From assembly GCA_039178835.1 (NCBI GenBank), contig JBCDFA010000001.1, positions 15,500-79,499 of the forward strand: a stretch of DNA of 64,000 nucleotides, in the 5' to 3' direction. The position numbers were made by a program, and so were the translations under genes. Of this stretch, positions 47,845 to 57,308 are shown piece after piece. The notes under the pieces were generated by a model. It was not told the origin of the DNA and made no database searches. It worked only from the letters and a program-made list of their open reading frames with translations. This stretch comes from Chloroflexota bacterium (lineage in GTDB: Bacteria; Chloroflexota; Chloroflexia; Chloroflexales; Roseiflexaceae). How positions within the stretch are numbered: the stretch's first letter is position 1; each line of letters begins with the position of its first letter.

Positions 47845-49242
47845 TTACCCCTCATTGATGACAGTTAGCATCTCTGGCACACGGGTAACCTTTACCCGTG
47901 GGCGATCTTGCTCTTGGCCTTGGGTGATTTCATGAGTGTCCAGCACTTTCCAATCACTATAGGTAATATAGTTCGGCTTGCTTTCTCTGAGTACGTTTTC
48001 AATCAGGGCCGGATCTCTATTTTCATCAGCAATGCCAGTAAGGTGGTTAAGATCTTCTATCATTGAGACAACCGTTGAAACAGCGTCAGGTTTGTTGGTG
48101 CCAATGACACCTGTTGGCCCACGCTTCGCCCAACCGACTACATACTCTCCTTCGTGTGGATCACCGCTGGTGGCATGAATCACGCGCCCCGCAATGTTGG
48201 GGATTTTGTAGGAAACTTCATCGAACGGTACGCCTTCGAGTGGAACACCACGATACCCAACAGAACGCAGTACCAAACCAGCATCAAAAGTCTCAAATGT
48301 CCCTGTGCCACGGGCGCGTAGTCCACCATTTTCATCGACTACAAGATGGTTTTTCTCAATCGTGATCGCTGTTACCTTCCCGTTGTGTCCACGGATTTCT
48401 ACCGGGGATACGAGAAATCGCAGATGAATGTTGCGAGGTCCAGGATGTTCTGTCCGCGCAGCAAACCCACGTAAGATATCTACATTTTTGGTTGCAACCT
48501 TATCTTCTGCCAGTGCGAGAGAACTATGTTCATCTAGTTCGAGATCAGCCTGGTCAACGATAGGGTTGACATCGGTGAGGACACCCAATTCTTTGATTTC
48601 AGCGTTGGTAAAAGCTGCCTGTGCTGGGCCTCGGCGACCAAGCATGACAACCTCTTGTACCTTACTCTCACGTAATTTGGCCAGCGCAGCATCAGCAATA
48701 TCGGTTTTGGCAAGCTCATCCGGGGAACTGACCAGAATACGTGCGACATCTATAGCAACATTTCCATTACCAATGACGACGGCACGAGGATGGGTGAGAT
48801 CAAATTCGAGATCTTGATAGTCAGGATGTCCATTGTACCAACCAACAAACGCAGTTGCAGGAAAGCTTCCAGAGAGATCTTCGCCGGGTATGCCCATCCG
48901 TCGATCTGCTTGCGCTCCAACTGCATATACGATTTGATCATAGTATCGTTTTAGGGTTTCGTGATGGATATCTGTGCCGAAGGTAATGTTCCCAAAATAA
49001 CGAACTTGCGGATTTTGTGCAATGCGATCATAGATACGTGTTACAGCTTTGATGGATTGATGATCGGGTGCGACGCCTTCTCGTACAAGGCCAAAGGGGG
49101 TTGGAAAGCGATTGAAGAAGTCTATAGAACAGACAAGATCTTTTTGTTTTAACAACGCCTCAGCGGTATAGAAGCCCGCTGGTCCTGCACCGACAATAGC
49201 AATACGTAGAGGTCGTGTTTCCGTTCCTAACGTTTGATCCAC
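47845..49242 (-). CDS. fprA: NADPH:ferredoxin/adrenodoxin reductase (FprA type)
   Basis: 465 aa. RIAIVGAGPAGFYTA FAD motif, a second dinucleotide motif VVIGNGNVAIDVARIL, and GW.KRGPTGVIGTN. GTG start with GGGAGG RBS. Confidence 0.85.
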   Translation of the reverse strand: MDQTLGTETRPLRIAIVGAGPAGFYTAEALLKQKDLVCSIDFFNRFPTPFGLVREGVAPDHQSIKAVTRIYDRIAQNPQVRYFGNITFGTDIHHETLKRYYDQIVYAVGAQADRRMGIPGEDLSGSFPATAFVGWYNGHPDYQDLEFDLTHPRAVVIGNGNVAIDVARILVSSPDELAKTDIADAALAKLRESKVQEVVMLGRRGPAQAAFTNAEIKELGVLTDVNPIVDQADLELDEHSSLALAEDKVATKNVDILRGFAARTEHPGPRNIHLRFLVSPVEIRGHNGKVTAITIEKNHLVVDENGGLRARGTGTFETFDAGLVLRSVGYRGVPLEGVPFDEVSYKIPNIAGRVIHATSGDPHEGEYVVGWAKRGPTGVIGTNKPDAVSTVVSMIEDLNHLTGIADENRDPALIENVLRESKPNYITYSDWKVLDTHEITQGQEQDRPRVKVTRVPEMLTVINEG

Positions 49243-49528
49243 AGTGATCCTCCCTTAAAACAATGAATAGTATTTTACTATCGTATGTACCCATAATCAA
49301 TACACAAAAACTGCTGTTTCTTGGTTGTACCATTGATACTGACAATATCAGCGTGATAACCAGGAGAACCAGTATGATTCTTCTGGCTGTACACCTACTA
49401 TACTAAGCAGGATGAGAGTAGTATTTAATTGTTACTTTTGGAACAGACGTTATAGCAATGTAGCATGTGCGCAAGTCATTTGTCAACACGTCACATGGGC
49501 AGAGGAGTTAGAAGGGCTTGTTTCCGTA

Positions 49529-50272
49529 TTATACTGGTGGCCAGGGTACACAGTGGCTTGATCCAGGTTCTGGGTGTTTCCCTGTATGAACAAGGGTATC
49601 TATGCGACGACGAAGTGCATGTACTTCACTCTGCGACAACAACTGGTCAAATATGTCAAAGGCTGAGTCTTTGGCATGCATACGTTCGTGAAGCTTGTTT
49701 ACATCTTCAAAGATATCGGTCCGTAGATCCTGACCAGCGAAGTCCCAAAGAACGGTTCGCAGTTTGTATTCTGTATGAAAGCATAACCCGTGGTCAATGG
49801 CCCAGATTCGTCCATCAGAACCTTTGAGGCAATGACCGCTCTTGCGGTCAGCATTGTTGGCGAGAAAATCAAATGCCGACAGGCGTTCAATCTGAAACTC
49901 AAAGCCTCCCTCTTGTTGCATGGTAAAGAGGTGTTCCTCGTGGTTGGCATCTATGAACAGCTGTACAGAACCAATGCCATATGGTCCATCTCGCAAAACA
50001 GTAGGTGGTACTAATAACCAGCCCAACATCTCACTTAGGATGTAAGTAGCTGTTTCACGTTGACATAAAGTTCCGCGCGGGAAATCCCACAGAGGACGTT
50101 CGCCACGACGTGGTTTGTAGACTCCTAGTCCTTGCATGTCTTTATGTTGCACACTGGCGAGGAGTGTATAGTTACTGCTCCAGGGCAACATGCCTTGAAC
50201 TTCTAATTCGCCTGTTGCTAAAAGCTCAAGAATCGATGCTGCATCCATTTCAGTTGATTCGTGTATATTCAT
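49529..50272 (-). CDS. SCO1664-family protein (PI3/PI4-kinase-like fold)
   Basis: 247 aa. The kinase catalytic-loop-like NNADRKSGHCL and the metal-binding-like IDHGLCF are present. It is the third gene of the conserved triad with DUF3090 and the histidine phosphatase. Confidence 0.72.
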   Translation of the reverse strand: MNIHESTEMDAASILELLATGELEVQGMLPWSSNYTLLASVQHKDMQGLGVYKPRRGERPLWDFPRGTLCQRETATYILSEMLGWLLVPPTVLRDGPYGIGSVQLFIDANHEEHLFTMQQEGGFEFQIERLSAFDFLANNADRKSGHCLKGSDGRIWAIDHGLCFHTEYKLRTVLWDFAGQDLRTDIFEDVNKLHERMHAKDSAFDIFDQLLSQSEVHALRRRIDTLVHTGKHPEPGSSHCVPWPPV

Positions 50273-50344
50273 GTTATATCTAACGAAGGGTTGTTGTTGT
50301 TTGGATGTCTAGCCACTTCTTTCATGTATACAGCGTGCATGAAG

Positions 50345-50857
50345 CTAATTCATTCGTGGGCAGAAATGGCCATCAGCATTTATTGGTTGGAGACAGTTGC
50401 CACAAATTTTACGGCCACTGGCAACAACTTGTGTTGCATGTTGACTCAGTGCTTGTATTTGTTGTCGTGTGACGCCAAATCTGACGCTTGGTGATTCTCC
50501 ATCATCATCCTGTGGGAAGCCGTGAATGAGAAGTATCACGACATCACGCTCTTTATCGTATCCAAACTGTATTTCTGATACCCGAAAGATAGGTTCCAGT
50601 GGTTCTTCTAATGTCATGTTGATTAGTGGAATTAGCGTCTCTGATGCAGTAAGTAATGGCTCTTTTTCGGAGAGTTCCTCAAGGAACTGGTCAATAATTT
50701 CGGCTAGTGCCTTTACCTGTTCTTTTTCGGCTATCAATGATACCAGATCGTGATCACGGCGTGCCTGAATGTAGAAGATACGTTGACCTGGTTCGCCGAC
50801 AGCATCAGCCGTAATACGGGTAACAGGATCAAGATCGTAGGTGAATTCGGGTTCCAT
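50345..50857 (-). CDS. DUF3090-family protein
   Basis: 170 aa. N-terminal VGEPGQRIFYIQAR and C-terminal Cys cluster CGNC...HFCPRMN, as I recall for DUF3090 (Rv2134c-like). Confidence 0.72.
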   Translation of the reverse strand: MEPEFTYDLDPVTRITADAVGEPGQRIFYIQARRDHDLVSLIAEKEQVKALAEIIDQFLEELSEKEPLLTASETLIPLINMTLEEPLEPIFRVSEIQFGYDKERDVVILLIHGFPQDDDGESPSVRFGVTRQQIQALSQHATQVVASGRKICGNCLQPINADGHFCPRMN

Positions 50858-50890
50858 TATCTTTTATCTTGTATCTAAATAATACTCAAT

Positions 50891-51676
50891 CTAAATTCCA
50901 TTGTCTGTCGAAGTAGTTGATACGTGCGTTTCCTCTGATTGTGTGTTGGTATTCTCATTTATGTGATCGGTTGCCAATTCAGCATTGGTAGTTTCTTTGG
51001 TGCCAGCCTGACCATTCTGTGTGACATGATCATCTGTTTTCTGTTCTGTGGCTGACTGTTGTGGTTTGATCTGGAGGTGTTCCAGTGATCCGGTATCGTT
51101 GTAGGCCAACAAGCGTGGTCCCATCTTTGTAAATTGTACAGCCGTTACCGAACATGTACTGATTTCTAGACGTTGGAAGAGATCCATATGCATACCAACA
51201 TAGTAAGCGATGGCCAGTTTGATTATATCTGCGTGTGATACTACCGCAATCATCGTTTGGGGATGCCGGGCACGCAGTGTATCCAGTGTTGATACCATTC
51301 GCATCTGGGCTTCACCAAGTGTTTCACCTCCAGGGAAGCGTGTCCCGCTAGGATAGTGCTGAACACCGGGCCAGAGTTCGTGCTTATATAACTCTTTAAG
51401 CTCAGCTCCCTGCCATTCCCCATATTTAACTTCACCAAGGCCCTCGACAATGTGCAATGTCAGGCCACGAGGCCCAGCAATCGCCTGAGCAGTCTCAACG
51501 GTGCGATCCAACGGACTTGTATAGATTGTATCAATGGGTAACGATGCTAGTCGTGTAGCCAATGTGATGGCTTGCTGGCGCCCCTCATCATTCAGATGTA
51601 CACCAGGAGTCCAACCAGCGAGGCGACCGTGTACCCAATCGTTCTTTCCATGCCGTATCAAGAGCAAAAGAGTCAC
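50891..51676 (-). CDS. Histidine phosphatase family protein (phosphoglycerate-mutase-like; MSMEG_4193/Rv2135c-like) with an acidic/Thr-rich tail
   Basis: The RHG catalytic motif (LLLIRHGKNDW) and a later SHAD His motif are present. GTG start with GGAG RBS. Confidence 0.85.
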   Translation of the reverse strand: MTLLLLIRHGKNDWVHGRLAGWTPGVHLNDEGRQQAITLATRLASLPIDTIYTSPLDRTVETAQAIAGPRGLTLHIVEGLGEVKYGEWQGAELKELYKHELWPGVQHYPSGTRFPGGETLGEAQMRMVSTLDTLRARHPQTMIAVVSHADIIKLAIAYYVGMHMDLFQRLEISTCSVTAVQFTKMGPRLLAYNDTGSLEHLQIKPQQSATEQKTDDHVTQNGQAGTKETTNAELATDHINENTNTQSEETHVSTTSTDNGI

Positions 51677-51901
51677 AACAACTCCTTATAGTGATGGTTT
51701 AATATTACAAAATTTATGATACCACAAGTCGTTAAAATATGTCGGGATCAGGGCATACTTTTTTGGTTTGCTTGCAAGCTGGGGTTTTGTTTTATTATTT
51801 TTTAATGAAAATAAAGATTGCTGAATAGGATGAGCAGTATTTTATCTGTTTACCCAAGATTGTCGCTGAAGAATTCCGCTACCTGTGCTATAATCCCCAC
51901 T

Positions 51902-52384
51902 ATGCTAAAACAAAAATTTGATATCAAAACATTTCTCTTCATCTTTGGAGCTGCCCTTGTTGGAACAATTTGGGCTATATATAACCGAAGTTTAATAGCG
52001 CATCCTTACCAGTATGAGATGTTTCGCTCTCTGGTATGGATTATTTTTGCTATTCCATTTGCCATGTTCTGGGGTTGGTTTTTTGCCCGGCCCACTGAGC
52101 GCTGGTGGGCCGCATTTGTGTGTTTTTGTGTCTACTTCTTCTCGCCTTTCGTTGCCGCACGTTATGAATCGTGTACAGTATTAACCGGATCATTCAATCT
52201 TGTAAGTTGTTTTGTGGAGACAGCCGCTGCCCAGGAGGCTGCCAGTGGAAATGGACACGCAATCTACTTTCAAGCGATTGTTGTCATTCATGTGGTAGTT
52301 GCATTGGTCATAGCTTTGCATCGCGGGTTAAGAAGTAGTACAATGCCAAGGAATGAAGAAGTACCACAATATGAAGCATCATAA
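51902..52384 (+). CDS. Hypothetical integral membrane protein (4-5 TM helices)
   Basis: ATG at 51902 lies 7 nt after an extended -10 (TGcTATAAT, 51886-51894), so it may be leaderless. The ORF is open from 51818. Confidence 0.5.
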   Translation: MLKQKFDIKTFLFIFGAALVGTIWAIYNRSLIAHPYQYEMFRSLVWIIFAIPFAMFWGWFFARPTERWWAAFVCFCVYFFSPFVAARYESCTVLTGSFNLVSCFVETAAAQEAASGNGHAIYFQAIVVIHVVVALVIALHRGLRSSTMPRNEEVPQYEAS

Positions 52385-52517
52385 TCTGTGGTGGGTTTAG
52401 ATAAAGAAATGTTATCTTCATCGTTCCGCTATTTGTGACTTTGTTTTCTCGTATCATGTTTACTGTAGTTAGATTTGCTAACTACACTATTCTTGATCAA
52501 TCTGGGAGACATTGTAT

Positions 52518-53600
52518 ATGAGTGGTCACACCTCTGCTCATAAGAGTGTTCGTGAATGGCTCCAAACGCAAGAGCGCACGCTCTTGTCGCCATTTGCTGC
52601 TTTCAGCGATGTCGCTCAACGAGATTATCCCGAAATAGAGTCGGCAGTACGTACACGTTTTCAACGTGATCGTGATCGCATCCTCCATTCCAAACCTTTT
52701 CGGCGATTGAAACACAAAACACAAGTCTTCATTGCACCAGTTGGAGACCACTATCGGACTCGTCTCACCCATACCCTTGAAGTAACACAAATTGCACGAA
52801 CTGTAGCACGAGCATTGCGATTGAATGAAGACTTGGTGGAGGCCATTGGTCTGGGACACGATCTTGGTCACACACCTTTTGGCCATGCTGGTGAGACAGC
52901 GCTCTCCAAAGCATTGGGACACTCTTTTCGCCATAACGAACAGAGTTTGCGAATTGTAGAGGTTCTGGAAAAACAGGGTCGTGGCTTGAACTTGACATAT
53001 CCCGTGCGAGAAGGTATTTTCATGCATTCCAAAGGGCGTCGCAGTATCGCCGCAAAGGCATGGGGGACGGCCAGTACATTGGAAGGCCAAATTATTAAGA
53101 TTGCTGATTCAATTGCTTACATCAATCATGATATTGATGATGCGATACGTGCAGGTGTGTTGGATCGGGGCGATTTACCTTCTGAACCAATTGAGATGCT
53201 TGGTGATACGCATTCTCAACGTATCAACACCATGGTGTGCGATTTCATCGATCATAATTGGTGGGTGACCGGAGAAGGGACACCTCCCGAACCACAGGAA
53301 CTAGCATTGAGTGATCATATTTTGAACGCTACAAACGCGTTACGTGAATTTATGTATCAGAATGTGTATCTTGACTCGAAAGCAAAATTGGATGATGGCA
53401 AAGTTAAGGTGATGATAGAGATGTTGTTTATACATTTCCTTGAGCATCCCGAAGAACTACCAGCAGAACTCCAACAAATTAATCGTGATCGTAGCGAACC
53501 TACCACACGTGCAGTGATCGACTATATTGCTGGTATGACGGATCGTTATGCTATTGAGACCTTTAAGAAATTATATGTTCCGACAACTTGGGGGGGGTAA
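52518..53600 (+). CDS. dgt: dGTPase-like HD-domain triphosphohydrolase
   Basis: FQRDRDRILHSKPFRRLKHKTQVF, RTRLTHTLEV and the HD motif GLGHDLGHTPFGH. ATG at 52518 has GGGAG upstream. Confidence 0.9.
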   Translation: MSGHTSAHKSVREWLQTQERTLLSPFAAFSDVAQRDYPEIESAVRTRFQRDRDRILHSKPFRRLKHKTQVFIAPVGDHYRTRLTHTLEVTQIARTVARALRLNEDLVEAIGLGHDLGHTPFGHAGETALSKALGHSFRHNEQSLRIVEVLEKQGRGLNLTYPVREGIFMHSKGRRSIAAKAWGTASTLEGQIIKIADSIAYINHDIDDAIRAGVLDRGDLPSEPIEMLGDTHSQRINTMVCDFIDHNWWVTGEGTPPEPQELALSDHILNATNALREFMYQNVYLDSKAKLDDGKVKVMIEMLFIHFLEHPEELPAELQQINRDRSEPTTRAVIDYIAGMTDRYAIETFKKLYVPTTWGG

Positions 53601-53652
53601 TGTGTGTAGATATGGTCATGCTTTTAGTTATAGATGCTGTTATTAATACATA

Positions 53653-55560
53653 ATGAACTCAGTTATTGACACCGTCAAAGAACGTATAGATATTGTTGAT
53701 TTTATTGGAGAATACGTCCAGCTCCGCAAAGCTGGTCGCAACTACGTGGGTTTTTGCCCATTTCATCAGAATACACGCACTCCGGCCTTTACAGTTTTCT
53801 CTGAAACGCAAAGTTATCATTGTTTTGGATGCAAAGCATCTGGGACTGTCTTTGATTTCGTGATGCAAAGAGAAGGTCTGGAGTTTCGTGAAACGCTTGA
53901 AATGCTGGCACATCGTGTTGGTGTGGAATTGAAGCCCCGTACTGAAGCTGATGAGCAACGCCATCAGTTGCATGAACGTCTTTTGGAAATCAATGCCGCC
54001 GCAGCTAAGTTCTTTCAGCATACGTTGCTCAAATCTCCTCATAGCGTCGCCGCACGTGCGTATGTCGAACAGCGTGGATTCGATGCCGCAACTATCGAAG
54101 CGTTTCAACTTGGCTACTCTCGAGAAGATTGGTCTGCATTGCTGGCATATCTGACCAACCACAAAGGTTTTGAGCCAGAGGAAGTGGAAGCTGCTGGTTT
54201 GGCGATTAAACGTGATGGAAGTGGCTATTATGATCGATTTCGTGGCCGGCTCATGTTTCCTATTCGGAATGTCAAAGGTCAAGTCATTGCATTCGGAGGG
54301 CGTGCGCTTGGTGATGCGAATCCCAAGTATTTAAATTCTCCACAAACCCCTCTGTTTGACAAAAGTCACATTTTGTATGGCCTGGATCTTGCACGTTCAA
54401 CAATTCGTAACCAAGAGACGGCTGTGATCGTTGAAGGATATATAGACGTTATTGTGGCATACCAGTATGGGTTTCGCAATGTTGTTGCCCCATTAGGAAC
54501 AGCCCTGACAAGTGAGCATGCTGCTGTACTCAAAAAGCTGACCAAACGTATCTATCTTGCACTAGATGCAGATGCAGCGGGAATTAATGCGACTCTCAAA
54601 GGAATCGAAACACTTCGTCATCAATCAGAAGGCGATGTGATAACAGTTCCGACGCCACAGGGGGTGATGCAGTGGGGGGCTGATACCACAACAGAGATAC
54701 GGGTCATTGCCATGCCAGATGGGCAGGACCCTGATAATGTCATTCAGGCTGATCCAGAACAGTGGCGGGCTTTAGTAGAAAACGCTCAGCCGATTATGGA
54801 CTTTTACATCGCAGCATTGACCAGCGATCTCGACTTACGGAGTGCGCGTGGAAAAGCTGATGCGGTTGCACGTCTGGCGCCCCTTTTGGTACAAGTGTCG
54901 AATCCAATCGAGCAAGCACACTATATTCAGCGAGTTGCGCGTTTAGTAGAAGTAGAGGATCATGTTATTCGTGCTGCTTTGCCTGGCTCACAACGACCCA
55001 CACCAACACGCACTAAGGCCATCAAGCAGCCTGAGGGAGATACTCCGACAACGCGTGAGGATGCGCTCCTTGCCCTATTATTACGATATCCTTCAATGCG
55101 AACGGCGGTCCAGGAAAAGATGAAAAGTGATATATCATTGTTTCCGCTTGTAAGCGAAATGATAACGGGGATCTTGTTGGAATTGTTTGATCGGGCTGAT
55201 AATCGTGCTATTTGGCAAACGTGGATGGAGCAAGCACCAGACACCGATATTGAACACTGGATTACGACATTGGACGCAGTACTAGCTGAACAGGTTCGTC
55301 ATATTATGCACATTCATCTACCAGACTCACAGTCATATCGTTATATGAACGATGGTCTAGAATGTGCTACAATCCTACAATTACGTTTGGCACGTCGTTG
55401 GAAAGATCGTTGTAGTCAGGAAGAGGTGGAGGCACACAACGACGAAGAACGTTACGCATTGCTTGAGCGTATTATTCAGCTTAAGCAATATATCGACACT
55501 ATTAGTATACCTAAACGAAGTTCGACGTACGCTGATCTCCATGCACTTCGCACGGCCTGA
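53653..55560 (+). CDS. dnaG: DNA primase
   Basis: 635 aa. Zinc ribbon [14 protein letters not shown]...YHCFGC, the RNA-polymerase core and a TOPRIM segment ([15 protein letters not shown]). Confidence 0.95.
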   Translation: MNSVIDTVKERIDIVDFIGEYVQLRKAGRNYVGFCPFHQNTRTPAFTVFSETQSYHCFGCKASGTVFDFVMQREGLEFRETLEMLAHRVGVELKPRTEADEQRHQLHERLLEINAAAAKFFQHTLLKSPHSVAARAYVEQRGFDAATIEAFQLGYSREDWSALLAYLTNHKGFEPEEVEAAGLAIKRDGSGYYDRFRGRLMFPIRNVKGQVIAFGGRALGDANPKYLNSPQTPLFDKSHILYGLDLARSTIRNQETAVIVEGYIDVIVAYQYGFRNVVAPLGTALTSEHAAVLKKLTKRIYLALDADAAGINATLKGIETLRHQSEGDVITVPTPQGVMQWGADTTTEIRVIAMPDGQDPDNVIQADPEQWRALVENAQPIMDFYIAALTSDLDLRSARGKADAVARLAPLLVQVSNPIEQAHYIQRVARLVEVEDHVIRAALPGSQRPTPTRTKAIKQPEGDTPTTREDALLALLLRYPSMRTAVQEKMKSDISLFPLVSEMITGILLELFDRADNRAIWQTWMEQAPDTDIEHWITTLDAVLAEQVRHIMHIHLPDSQSYRYMNDGLECATILQLRLARRWKDRCSQEEVEAHNDEERYALLERIIQLKQYIDTISIPKRSSTYADLHALRTA

Positions 55561-55571
55561 GGGGGGCAATC

Positions 55572-57206
55572 ATGGCGAATCATAAAGATATTATGATTGA
55601 TAACAATCTACCAACCGATAATTCTCGCAACAGTGTTACCACAATAGGTGGGGATACCGACGAAAATGAATCGGGGCAAAATACCATCAACAATCTGCAA
55701 GATTTGATTGCTATTGGTCGTCAACGTGGTTATGTCATTGAGAGTGAAGTTTTACAATTGGTTCCTAATCCTGAGGCAGACCTTGATAAGTTGGAAAAGA
55801 TCCAGACGGCCTTGTCGCAAGCAGGTGTGTCAACTCGTGATGAGATTATTTCTGGTGGCTCGGATGTTGAGGTGTCTTTTGATGATGACGCTGACCTCGA
55901 AAATGGTCTGAATGTCGAAGGTATCAGTGTTAACGACACGGTTCGTATGTATCTTCGGGAGATAGGCCGTGTACCGTTGCTCAAGACAAGCCAAGAACGT
56001 GATCTGGCAGAGAAAATTGCGATTGGTGAGTACGTGAGTGCCATTAAGACACAAGAAGGTGCAGATTGGATTTTTACCAATGTACCACGTGTTGGTACCG
56101 CCATGTATGCACGTCTCGTGAAAAATTGGCCCATTGCCTATACGGTATTGCGTGAGTTGTGCACATTGCTCAATCAAGATGTGACACATCTTCCACCATC
56201 GCGTTTGCGCGAATTTCTCGATTTGCAAGATAAATTGTCATTTGAGAAGAAACCAACATTTGATGCACATCTGAATGCTGTCGCGCAAGAATATGAGTTA
56301 CCAGCCGAAAATATCGATCAGCTCTTGTCACAATCTATGATTATCTTTGAGCTATTACCGGCCAAATTGCAAGAAACGCTCAATCAGAGTACTGACTGGC
56401 CAGATGAGAGCACAGTTACTTCATTTTTTGTAGGTCAGGAAATGACTCTGTGGCGCAGTTGGAATGGTGCTATTGATGCAAGTAAAATTGCACGTGAGCA
56501 TCTCACGGAAGCCAACCTGCGCCTTGTCGTGAGTGTCGCGAAAAAGTACATCGGTCGTGGGCTGGGCTTGTTGGACTTGATCCAAGAGGGTAATGTCGGC
56601 CTTATTCGCGCTGTTGAAAAATTTGACTACCTGAAACGTTTCAAATTTAGTACTTATGCGACGTGGTGGATTCGTCAAGCTATTACACGGGCAATTGCTG
56701 ACCAAGCGCGTACTATTCGTATTCCTGTCCATATGGTTGAGACGATAAATCGTCTTTTGCGTGAGCAGCGTCGGTTACTGCAGGAATTGGGTCGTGACCC
56801 GTCGGACGAAGAACTTTCGAAGTCGCTTGATATGCCGGTAGAAAAAGTTCGCTCAATCCGTAAGACATCGCTTGAACCAGTGTCTTTGGAAACGCCTGTT
56901 GGTCAAGAAGAAGATAGCCAGTTAGGTGATTTTATCGAGGACTCGAAGGTGCTGGCTCCTTCCGATGCGGCAAGTCATCAGATGTTGCGCGAACAGGTTG
57001 AACAAGTTCTGAATCAGCTCACTGAGCGTGAACGTCGAGTATTACAGTTGCGTTTTGGTTTAGAGGATGGTCATAGTCGCACACTTGAAGAAGTAGGGAA
57101 AGAATTCGGTGTCACTCGTGAACGGATTCGCCAAATCGAAGTAAAAGCATTACGAAAACTACGCCATCCGCGTTTGGGTAAAAAGTTGCGGGATTATTTA
57201 GAGTAA
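55572..57206 (+). CDS. rpoD: Primary (housekeeping) RNA polymerase sigma factor
   Basis: 544 aa. Regions 1.2 through 4.2 are present, including [35 protein letters not shown] and [20 protein letters not shown]. Confidence 0.97.
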   Translation: MANHKDIMIDNNLPTDNSRNSVTTIGGDTDENESGQNTINNLQDLIAIGRQRGYVIESEVLQLVPNPEADLDKLEKIQTALSQAGVSTRDEIISGGSDVEVSFDDDADLENGLNVEGISVNDTVRMYLREIGRVPLLKTSQERDLAEKIAIGEYVSAIKTQEGADWIFTNVPRVGTAMYARLVKNWPIAYTVLRELCTLLNQDVTHLPPSRLREFLDLQDKLSFEKKPTFDAHLNAVAQEYELPAENIDQLLSQSMIIFELLPAKLQETLNQSTDWPDESTVTSFFVGQEMTLWRSWNGAIDASKIAREHLTEANLRLVVSVAKKYIGRGLGLLDLIQEGNVGLIRAVEKFDYLKRFKFSTYATWWIRQAITRAIADQARTIRIPVHMVETINRLLREQRRLLQELGRDPSDEELSKSLDMPVEKVRSIRKTSLEPVSLETPVGQEEDSQLGDFIEDSKVLAPSDAASHQMLREQVEQVLNQLTERERRVLQLRFGLEDGHSRTLEEVGKEFGVTRERIRQIEVKALRKLRHPRLGKKLRDYLE

Positions 57207-57250
57207 TACGTTATAGTCAAATGGGTTGGCATGCTTCCCTGTAGTACGGT

Positions 57251-57279
57251 TTGTCAAACGCAGCCAACTCGTCTATAAT
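57251..57279 (+). promoter_or_regulatory. Sigma-70-like promoter for the J-domain membrane protein gene
   Basis: TTGTCA (57251-57256), a 17-nt spacer, then TATAAT (57274-57279). It lies 30 nt upstream of the GTG start, which has a CAGGAG RBS. Confidence 0.5.
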
Positions 57280-57308
57280 GGCGCGGCCGTTGCAGACAGG
57301 AGTACCCC

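Noticed and set aside
52497-54282. Long minus-strand ORFs of 197 aa and 207 aa
   Set aside because: They are antisense to dgt and dnaG, which have strong homology signatures. The same reasoning applies to 23551-24084 (antisense to murT), 36015-36419, 18731-19183 and 5588-6028.
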